Shown here piece after piece: positions 54,023 to 60,422 of a stretch of 60,422 bases of DNA. The position numbers and the translations under genes were made by a program. Under the pieces are notes generated by a model, which was not told where the DNA came from, did no database searches, and saw only the letters and a program-made list of their open reading frames with translations. The stretch comes from a virus. Lineage: Duplodnaviria > Caudoviricetes. Every line of letters starts with the position of its first letter. Position 1 is the first letter of the stretch. Where the stretch lies: positions 1-60,422 of IMG/VR virus record IMGVR_UViG_3300032047_000013; one strand, written 5' to 3'.

Positions 54023-54593
54023 ACATAAGGTCTTCACATCGAACCCTGTAGTAGACTACATCGTCGATAGTTATCTTGTATTGCATCTTATCTCTAAAGA
54101 CAACGGTGTCTCCAGCGTACACGTCCATCTCCTTAAGCCAGGGGGCGTCAAAACCAATGGTCCCCCTAGTAGTGGACTTGTCTTCAAGAGACACAACCTC
54201 AATAAGATCAGAAGAGACTTCCTCTTCAACAAACTCAGGTTTAATAAGGGTCCAACCAGCGAGGGTATATATGTGTCCACTTTTTGAACTCTTATATCCA
54301 ATGGCTTGATTGTTGATCGTGTGATCTGGGTCAAACCTAACCACGTAGTGGTTTTCGTGCCCAGTCAGCACCTGCCCTTCGTTCATGACTACCAGGTGGT
54401 GGAAGTACAGGGTGTCGCCCTCCTCTACTCCAGTGTCGTGCTTAAAAGGAGCGCATACGACTGGGCCTTCGGTAACCCTCCACTCGAACTCATTGAACTT
54501 AGAGTCGAGGTACAGCTTGGCGCCGTTGTTAAGCGTAATCTCGTCGTTAACTGGTTTCTCCAGCTCTACGACAAATAAATCAAGAGTCTTCAT
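54003..54593 (-). CDS. groES: GroES-like co-chaperonin with tandem domains
   Basis: Two GroES-like units: G.VV..P....VEEGDTLYF and G.I......GDTVVF..Y.I.IDD..YYRV. Confidence 0.65.
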   Translation of the reverse strand: MKTLDLFVVELEKPVNDEITLNNGAKLYLDSKFNEFEWRVTEGPVVCAPFKHDTGVEEGDTLYFHHLVVMNEGQVLTGHENHYVVRFDPDHTINNQAIGYKSSKSGHIYTLAGWTLIKPEFVEEEVSSDLIEVVSLEDKSTTRGTIGFDAPWLKEMDVYAGDTVVFRDKMQYKITIDDVVYYRVRCEDLMYVEEEV

Positions 54594-54735
54594 TGTTGTA
54601 CGGGAACTTTTTGTTCAAGTACTCTTTTCTTTCCTGACATCCGCAGTCCTTGGAGTACTTCTCCACGAGCTGCTTAATGCCTGTAGCTTTGGTAAGCTTC
54701 TCTACAGTGTCGCCAAGGCCCTTGCTTTTAGACAT
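54580..54735 (-). CDS. 51-aa conserved-type phage protein with CGC motif (not in ORF track)
   Basis: MSKSKGLGDTVEKLTKATGIKQLVEKYSKDCGCQERKEYLNKKFPY. Confidence 0.7.
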   Translation of the reverse strand: MSKSKGLGDTVEKLTKATGIKQLVEKYSKDCGCQERKEYLNKKFPYNNEDS

Positions 54736-54971
54736 CAGAAATTCAAATCGTATTCAATTATACATGGCATATCATCTACAGACTTCCAGAGTACCTGACC
54801 CTCATCTGTTTGGATATAAACAAAGTAACGATTTTTTCCGTAACGATGCAAGTGTTTTCCATCTAATTCTATGGTAGACACTTTGCCGTTTCCAGCCTTC
54901 ATGCCCACGTAGTAAGCCATGGCATCTTTGGGGTCTCTGCCAATGACAATCTTCCTAATAAGTCCCTCCAT
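54735..54971 (-). CDS. conserved hypothetical protein
   Basis: LIRKIVIGRDPKDAMAYYVG..WK..MP.IIEYDLNF. Confidence 0.7.
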   Translation of the reverse strand: MEGLIRKIVIGRDPKDAMAYYVGMKAGNGKVSTIELDGKHLHRYGKNRYFVYIQTDEGQVLWKSVDDMPCIIEYDLNF

Positions 54972-55276
54972 TAGTTTAGTGAAATACCGAGGTCTCCAAG
55001 CATGCCATCCAAATCAGGGCCGCTTTGATCCTCGTATGTGTTCTTTATAAATTCATTCATAATCTCCATCTCGGTATATGACTCCAAGTTGTAGCTGAAT
55101 ATAGCTTTCATGGTGCTGTTGTCGTCGTCGAAAGGAGTCAATACCCCAGTGACCACAACTGAAAGCACCTTCTCTCTCATACCATACCTCTCGATCAGCA
55201 TGTCCATCTTGTGATGGAGCTCCTGCATTTCAATCAAGAAGTCGTATTCCTCTGTATCTTTGTTCTCCATCATCAA
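54971..55276 (-). CDS. hypothetical acidic protein
   Basis: ORF track; TAATG coupling. Confidence 0.6.
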   Translation of the reverse strand: MMMENKDTEEYDFLIEMQELHHKMDMLIERYGMREKVLSVVVTGVLTPFDDDNSTMKAIFSYNLESYTEMEIMNEFIKNTYEDQSGPDLDGMLGDLGISLN

Positions 55277-55284
55277 TTCATTTC

Positions 55285-55704
55285 ATGCCCAAGAGTAGAG
55301 TCGGTAAAAACAAACTCTTTAGGGAGTTTTCCAAGCTTAATCAAAGGTACGTAAAAAACAACTACCTCAAGAGGCTTAGGGTTGTCAGCAGAGACTTCTG
55401 CAAGAAGAATGATATCTTCGAGAAAGAGCTCATGTTTATGCTGTGGGCTTACGACCTAGAGTTCTGGACGCTAAGGTACGCAGCAAAAGATTACGAGTAC
55501 TCAGAAAAGAAGCTATCGGAACGCATTGTGTATGAGCTAGTTAACAACGGTTACATCTACAAACACTTTGACAAGCTTACACCGTCTGACACATACGAAG
55601 ATCACCTCTTTAGAGAGGAAACGAAATACAACTTTAGGGTGAGATACGCCCTTACTCAAAAGGCAAGGCTTCTCGTACAGCGCTTTTACAGCGAGTTTAA
55701 TTGA
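55285..55704 (+). CDS. putative winged-HTH DNA-binding regulator
   Basis: ELMFMLW..ELVNNGYI..YALTQKAR.LV (MarR-like wing); own TATCTTTG promoter at 55255-55262. Confidence 0.6.
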   Translation: MPKSRVGKNKLFREFSKLNQRYVKNNYLKRLRVVSRDFCKKNDIFEKELMFMLWAYDLEFWTLRYAAKDYEYSEKKLSERIVYELVNNGYIYKHFDKLTPSDTYEDHLFREETKYNFRVRYALTQKARLLVQRFYSEFN

Positions 55705-55796
55705 TCGAGAGCCATCTGGCCAAGCTCTTGAGCGTTTTCAAGGCCAGAGTTGGCTTCCATCCAAGCCTCTACGGATGCTATTTGAAGTTCAATCAT
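55686..55796 (-). CDS. 36-aa peptide (not in ORF track)
   Basis: MIELQIASVEAWMEANSGLENAQELGQMALDQLNSL*; TAATG-coupled. Confidence 0.45.
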   Translation of the reverse strand: MIELQIASVEAWMEANSGLENAQELGQMALDQLNSL

Positions 55797-56242
55797 TAGG
55801 AAAGAAGATGACTTGTTCTGACGCCCTTAGAGCAGTAGGCGCCTTCAATAGTATATACGAATTCAAGTTCGATAGTATCTCCTTGAGATGGGTTTGTAAC
55901 ACCCATTGCGGTTAACGTGGTGTTGCTTGACAATAAAATAATATTACCTATAACAACTAAAAGAGTCAGCTCGAAATTAAATCTTTCTTTTTTCTTTGTG
56001 GTGACATTTCTGAACATACCGCTCAAAATAATACCAGAGGGCTGGAATGCGACCTGGGAGGAAAGAAGGCTTGTATCAGAAAGTGTGACGGCAACAGACG
56101 GAGCTATTGTATAAATGTCGTTTGAAGAGGATATAGACACGGCTGGTACGCCATAAGCCTCTATAGTATCGAGCCCCTCAGTAAAGGACTTTCCGTGGCC
56201 GTTATTTATTGATAGAGATGGCATATCAGAGTCCTTTACCAA
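55796..56242 (-). CDS. hypothetical beta-rich protein
   Basis: ORF track; the true start may be MPSLS at 56224. Confidence 0.55.
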   Translation of the reverse strand: MVKDSDMPSLSINNGHGKSFTEGLDTIEAYGVPAVSISSSNDIYTIAPSVAVTLSDTSLLSSQVAFQPSGIILSGMFRNVTTKKKERFNFELTLLVVIGNIILLSSNTTLTAMGVTNPSQGDTIELEFVYTIEGAYCSKGVRTSHLLS

Positions 56243-56705
56243 ATATCACTTCGTAGTAAGTCTTTCCCTCATCATCACGACAAGCCTTGAGACAGCGACC
56301 ACGATTAACGCCATCATGAACATAAGAGACGTGAACCCAATCAGGATTGTCTTCATCACCAAACTCCCAAATGAGCTGATCAAACGTAAGGTTATTGAGT
56401 ATATACTGGAAGATTTCAGCATTCGTACACTTTCCGTATACGTCTGCATCAAGGTCCAATGCTCTTCCCTCCACATGCTGACTACGAGTTGAGCCCCCGA
56501 TCGCAACATTGAGCTCAGCCGAACGATACCCGCTCGAAACGAATATAGGGCACTTGAAAGCACTCCTAAGAGGTTGAAATACGTGTTCTGCAACCGCCTT
56601 GAGATTTCCTTGTACCCAATCATCTGGAGTGTTATCTATATTAAGGCGCTTAGCCGTGATGCTTTTGGTCACCTCGGCGAGTGACAGATTTTTTGATAGC
56701 TTCAT
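56226..56705 (-). CDS. peptidase M15A (probable endolysin)
   Basis: LSKNLSLAE, SSGYRS, SQHVEGRALD, FDQLIWEF, WVHVSY. Confidence 0.88.
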   Translation of the reverse strand: MKLSKNLSLAEVTKSITAKRLNIDNTPDDWVQGNLKAVAEHVFQPLRSAFKCPIFVSSGYRSAELNVAIGGSTRSQHVEGRALDLDADVYGKCTNAEIFQYILNNLTFDQLIWEFGDEDNPDWVHVSYVHDGVNRGRCLKACRDDEGKTYYEVIFGKGL

Positions 56706-56777
56706 TCTTAAGCCTTATTTTTTCATTTTCTACAACAGGGTCCTTTCGCTTGCGCTTGGGATTGAAGTAGAATTTTT

Positions 56778-56993
56778 TCACTTAGTACCAGTAAGCTTCC
56801 TATACTGATCAACAAGAGGCTTAGCAGCAGGTGTACCCTTGGCCTTCTTAATCTTGGCCTCTAGGCCTTTCTTCATTGCCTCTTTTCTAGGGTCATACTT
56901 ACCGCCCTTCTCCATGTAGCCCATCTTGTTACGGACGGCTGTAGGTAGCTTCTTCAGCCCCTTCTGGTCTGCAGTTGCTTTCTTGAGTTTCAT
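56778..56993 (-). CDS. small basic protein
   Basis: KGLKKLPTAVRNKMGYMEKGG motif. Confidence 0.7.
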   Translation of the reverse strand: MKLKKATADQKGLKKLPTAVRNKMGYMEKGGKYDPRKEAMKKGLEAKIKKAKGTPAAKPLVDQYRKLTGTK

Positions 56994-58060
56994 GAGTAGC
57001 GATCTCTCTTCTTATCAAGATTTGCTTTTCTCTTCTCCATTTTATCCTGCTGCTTTCCGTATCGCTTTACAATTCTTGCAGCTCTCTTCTTACCGATAGC
57101 TTTTGTCGTCTCCCTGTCATAGGAGGTAGCGCCTCTTTTCTTATTTTTTCTATCAGAGAAACCGATCTTCTTCTTTGTGATCGTGCCTTCACCAGCATCC
57201 ACCTCTTTTGTGCGCATGCGCTTGTAAGTGTTGCTATCGCCCTTGCCGCTCATCTTAGTCTTCATAGCAACTTTTCTGGTATCCGTAGACGGCCTCAAGG
57301 TTCGCTCATTGTTTGAGTAACCTGGGAGCATGTCTCTTCTATCCAGGGTCTCAATAGTCTTGGACCTACGCTTTGTGCTCTTGTTAGACATCTTGTAATT
57401 TTCAGCCCGACTCTTTCTGCCGCCATCTCTGAAAGACTCAGCTTTTTCTGCCTTCTTTCGCTTGATAGCGTCAGTGACCTTCTTCTCAAGTCGGTTCTTA
57501 ACGGCGCCTGCCTTGTTGTTGGCTTTTCTAATAGCAGCCTTAACCTTCTTCAAGGGACCTTTGCGGCCACCGTCTTCGTATTTACCTCCGTTTTTCATTC
57601 TACCTTTTGTTGCAAATTTATCCATGGCGGAAGACCTTCTGTCTTTCCTCTCCAGGGCACTCATTGATTTCTTATATATATCCTGTGAAGATTCTTTCTC
57701 CTTGGACTCTCCAGAAGATTGTTGTTCTTGTTCTTTGGAGCGAGCCTCCATGTTCTTCTTCATCTCCCCAACCTTATCCTTGAAGTTGGTTCTGCGCTCA
57801 TCGCGCTTAAGAAGCCTGTCCGTCTTGCTCTGTTGCTTAAGCTTATTCTTAGAAGCCTTTAGGTTCTCCTTGGAACCAACATTGTTGAAGCCTTTGGTCA
57901 TCAACTGCTTGGGGCCTCCTGCAGCCTTTGCAGCTTTAGCTCCCTTAGCAGCAGATCCTGCAGCCTTCATAGACTTAGCAGCCTTAAGTGCCTTAGCAGC
58001 TTTAAGTGCTTTTGCGGCTTTAAGTGCTTTTGCGGCTCCGAGTACTAGTGGTAATGGCAT
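56990..58060 (-). CDS. very basic histone-H1-like protein
   Basis: (AAKALK)3 N-terminal repeats; Lys/Arg-rich throughout. Confidence 0.7.
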   Translation of the reverse strand: MPLPLVLGAAKALKAAKALKAAKALKAAKSMKAAGSAAKGAKAAKAAGGPKQLMTKGFNNVGSKENLKASKNKLKQQSKTDRLLKRDERRTNFKDKVGEMKKNMEARSKEQEQQSSGESKEKESSQDIYKKSMSALERKDRRSSAMDKFATKGRMKNGGKYEDGGRKGPLKKVKAAIRKANNKAGAVKNRLEKKVTDAIKRKKAEKAESFRDGGRKSRAENYKMSNKSTKRRSKTIETLDRRDMLPGYSNNERTLRPSTDTRKVAMKTKMSGKGDSNTYKRMRTKEVDAGEGTITKKKIGFSDRKNKKRGATSYDRETTKAIGKKRAARIVKRYGKQQDKMEKRKANLDKKRDRYS

Positions 58061-58064
58061 GGGG

Positions 58065-58072
58065 CAAATATA
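58065..58072 (-). promoter_or_regulatory. -7 element TATATTTG (probably leaderless)
   Basis: 4 nt before ATG 58060. Confidence 0.7.
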
Positions 58073-58084
58073 ACACTAATCAAA

Positions 58085-58549
58085 TTAGTACTTCGTCTTC
58101 CTTAGCTTCATAAAACCACCCTTGGCATAAAGGCCTGCAGCACTAGCAGCCGTCTTGATCAAACCCGACTTTATAAACCCAGTACCCCTCTGATCGAGTA
58201 TACCATCAACCAAAGATCTAGTGTCAAGGTCGTAGTTGTCTCTCAACCCCTGCACAGTATCCTTTATCTCCCCAAGATTACCCATAGCATTTTTGATGCC
58301 ACCAGAAACATCTCCTTTGTCTTCAGGAGCCATCCTCTGAACCAAGTCAAGAAGGCCTTTCATCTCATCATCGGACATACCCTTGAGCTTGTCAAAATTA
58401 AGCCCAGGGAGATCTGTCAAACCCTTCAACTCCCGACCCGACATCTTCTGTGCCCGCTCAAGGAACTCAGATCTAGCGTCTGCACCCTTCTTGGCAGGGT
58501 CGCCTGGGCTGTTCAATGCCCCTCCAGCTTCGTACTTACGTAGTTTCAT
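58085..58549 (-). CDS. hypothetical protein bounded by YxxGG motifs
   Basis: MKLRKYEAGG...LYAKGGFMKLRKTKY; start placed at ATG 58549. Confidence 0.65.
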   Translation of the reverse strand: MKLRKYEAGGALNSPGDPAKKGADARSEFLERAQKMSGRELKGLTDLPGLNFDKLKGMSDDEMKGLLDLVQRMAPEDKGDVSGGIKNAMGNLGEIKDTVQGLRDNYDLDTRSLVDGILDQRGTGFIKSGLIKTAASAAGLYAKGGFMKLRKTKY

Positions 58550-59282
58550 GCTTATATACAACTATTCTCGCGCCATAAAAGAAAAGGACTCCTCTGTGTA
58601 CACACAAAAATCATTTTTGGATGCTTAATCACGTCTGAATCGCTTAGATGCCGTAAAGGTATAAAGGAAAATCTTAAAAGTCAATAGTGAACGAACGGTT
58701 TAAGCAAGGACTCATAATACACTACTAATCAAAGGGTTAGGTAGCAGCCACATAGGTTTTGTTTGTAAGTCATGAATACCGATTAGAGCGAATTTTCGCC
58801 TCTGAAGGCAATGATCCGAAAAAATGCGGTAGAAATGTATAGGGTGGGGATTATATATATACACAGGCGAGGACCACTGAATCCGAAACGGATTCAAAAT
58901 AGCCTCAAACCCTCCCTTTAGGGAGGTTTTGGCATACTTTTCAGCTTTCTGCCAACTGACTGTAAGTCAGTTCTTTGCACCTTCTTACATGAAGCTTCGC
59001 TTTCAGCGGGAGAATCGAGGCAGCAGCTCCGAAACACCGAACAATCCCAACCCTATTCTACGAATAGACTGATTACCACCCCTTTAGGGGGTGATACAGA
59101 ACCGATTTTGGGACTGGCTCAACACTTCGTGTTGGGCATAGGAAACCGAAACTCAAAACCGATTGGCAGAGCGGTGTGTAACGCCGTAGTGTACGTAGTC
59201 AACTTGTTGACTTCCTGTGACTACCGAGGTTTGGCTTCAACCATTACTCTACCTTGTAGAGGAATGAAGTTGGGAAGATATA

Positions 59283-59338
59283 GAGTTGTAGTATAAGAGA
59301 GAAGAAGTCTTATGACTTCTCTCTTATACTACTAACTC
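59283..59338. other. long imperfect hairpin
   Basis: GAGTTGTAGTATAAGAGAGAAGAAGTC-TTAT-GACTTCTCTCTTATACTACTAACTC. Confidence 0.8.
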
Positions 59339-59395
59339 CTAAAGGGTTTGAGAAGTCGTCCTTTAGGAAGTCAAACTTCATTTAATTCATTTCCA

Positions 59396-59917
59396 ATGAA
59401 TAACTTCAATTTCTCCGACTGCCGTAAGGCAGTAAACCAAGCTTCTTTCCGTCCAACAAAGAGCCGAAAGGCTCTTGCTTCAAAGCTTCTTGCAGAAGCT
59501 TTAGAGTTCGTCGCCAACCTCGAAGAGGTTGCTGACAAGCCTTCGAAGAAGGCTAAGAAGACTCGACGTAAGTCGAGGAAGAAAGCAACTCCAACCCAGA
59601 GGGTTGCTGACAGTCAAGAAAAAGCCTTTCATGGAAAGGCTGACAGTCCAGTCAAGCCTTCGAAGAAGGCTAAGACAGCTTCCGTTAAGGAAGCTAAAGC
59701 ATCTCTGAAAGAGATGGATGAGAAGAAAGCCGTCAAGAAGACAGCGAAGCTGAAGGCCAAGCAAGTGGCTTCAGGGGTCAACGAAGTTGACAGAGTAGCT
59801 TCCTTGGAAGCTAAAATCGAGGCTCTCACCGCAGTGCTCGCTGTGCACATGGAGTCTACGACTCTGGCTTCTCCTTCTAACGAAGTTAGCCTTGACGAAG
59901 TTCCTTTCACCCTTTAA
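59396..59917 (+). CDS. Lys/Ala-rich early protein
   Basis: ATG at 59396 after an AT-rich leader; KPSKKAK occurs twice; ends DEVPFTL. Confidence 0.7.
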   Translation: MNNFNFSDCRKAVNQASFRPTKSRKALASKLLAEALEFVANLEEVADKPSKKAKKTRRKSRKKATPTQRVADSQEKAFHGKADSPVKPSKKAKTASVKEAKASLKEMDEKKAVKKTAKLKAKQVASGVNEVDRVASLEAKIEALTAVLAVHMESTTLASPSNEVSLDEVPFTL

Positions 59918-59927
59918 TCCATCGAAG

Positions 59928-60008
59928 ATGATTAACTTAATCCTTTCCTTTGCACTGGCATGCGCTGTCTTGTACTTTGAGTACAAGCTGTTGCTCCGCT
60001 ACCTCTGA
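59928..60008 (+). CDS. 26-aa hydrophobic peptide (not in ORF track)
   Basis: MINLILSFALACAVLYFEYKLLLRYL*. Confidence 0.45.
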   Translation: MINLILSFALACAVLYFEYKLLLRYL

Positions 60009-60015
60009 CCCTTTA

Positions 60016-60075
60016 GAGAGTTACGTGTATATACTCTCTGAACAGAGTGAAGAGAGTATATACACTTAACCTCTC
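60016..60075. other. long hairpin with a 15-bp perfect core
   Basis: GTGTATATACTCTCT (60025-60039) / AGAGAGTATATACAC (60051-60065), extended by GAGAGTTA/TAACCTCTC. Confidence 0.8.
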
Positions 60076-60105
60076 AATAACAAACTTCAATTAAACCCTT
60101 TCCTT

Positions 60106-60246
60106 ATGGACAAGAACCTACGCCGTCAGCTGATTGCTGACCTCCTGACATCCTCTATGGACTTCGAACTTGTGACCTGCACTGATGTGTGGGACGAGCT
60201 GACCTGCGATGAGCAGATGACCTTGGAAGACTTGATTGACTGCTGA
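60106..60246 (+). CDS. 46-aa acidic early protein (not in ORF track)
   Basis: MDKNLRRQLIADLLTSSMDFELVTCTDVWDELTCDEQMTLEDLIDC*, preceded by the CAAACTTCAATT leader. Confidence 0.65.
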   Translation: MDKNLRRQLIADLLTSSMDFELVTCTDVWDELTCDEQMTLEDLIDC

Positions 60247-60251
60247 AAGCA

Positions 60252-60309
60252 GTACAGGTACTCTGATGAGCCTTGTATAGGCGAAACACCCCCTTGGGGT
60301 GTCAGTATC
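60252..60309 (+). ncRNA. type I hammerhead ribozyme
   Basis: Stem I GGTACT/AGTATC; core CTGATGA (60263-69); stem II GCCT/AGGC; GAAA (60283-86); stem III CACCCC/GGGGTG; GTC cleavage triplet (60301-03). Confidence 0.9.
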
Positions 60310-60328
60310 AAACTTCAATTCATCTACG

Positions 60329-60422
60329 ATGACAAAACTTCAAGAACTATATTTCACCCTGCAAGGGTGGGACGGGTTCAGCGTCAAACACGACCTGAAC
60401 GAGTACGGAGGCGGAGGCTACG
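60329..60422 (+). CDS. 5' part of an early gene (truncated by the window)
   Basis: MTKLQELYFTLQGWDGFSVKHDLNEYGGGGY..., directly after the ribozyme and leader motif. Confidence 0.6.
   Translation, partial: MTKLQELYFTLQGWDGFSVKHDLNEYGGGGY

Larger units (their letters stand above)
58878..60253. repeat. dense array of short inverted repeats (mini-hairpins)
   Basis: About 30 stems of 4-9 bp read by eye, mostly with GNA, GNNA or CTTG loops. Confidence 0.85.

Noticed and set aside
57462-58073. 203-aa hydrophobic plus-strand ORF
   Set aside because: Antisense of the Lys-rich gene (AAG/AAA read as Leu/Phe); an artefact.
58878-60253. CRISPR array or REP/BIME elements
   Set aside because: The stems differ in sequence; there is no constant repeat with unique spacers, and no cas or TnpA-REP gene in the window.

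Overview
A 60.4 kb stretch of a tailed dsDNA phage genome, apparently lytic (no integrase or repressor seen), with a podovirus-like, crAss/phi38:1-like gene order. The host is almost certainly a Bacteroidota bacterium: there are recurrent TAnnTTTG promoters, signal peptides followed by Gln at +1, and T9SS sorting domains. Layout: (i) 1-5.3 kb (+) recombination/replication genes (PD-(D/E)XK exonuclease, SSB-like, Nmad1-like, VirE_N primase-DnaB helicase, endonuclease I-like resolvase); (ii) 5.4-12.3 kb an accessory island of exported proteins (M43 metalloprotease, T9SS type-B and type-A CTD proteins, a putative beta-barrel, a Trx-fold protein, a Cys mini-protein); (iii) 12.3-58.6 kb (-) the late region: holin, small basic proteins, a 2455-aa polyvalent/ejection protein, a split tail-stabilisation gene, ring proteins, major capsid, scaffold, fibres, portal, TerL, tRNA-Arg(UCU), tRNA-Ile(UAU), GroES-like protein, M15 peptidase; (iv) 58.9-60.4 kb (+) the start of a divergent, probably early region. 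This last region is the most unusual. It holds about 30 short hairpins, mostly perfect and dominated by DNA-type GNA triloops on both strands, 16 of them inside a coding sequence. It also holds two long hairpins and a type I hammerhead ribozyme, each followed by the same CAAACTTCA(A/T)TT leader and a small ORF. All calls come from reading motifs by eye; no database searches were run.
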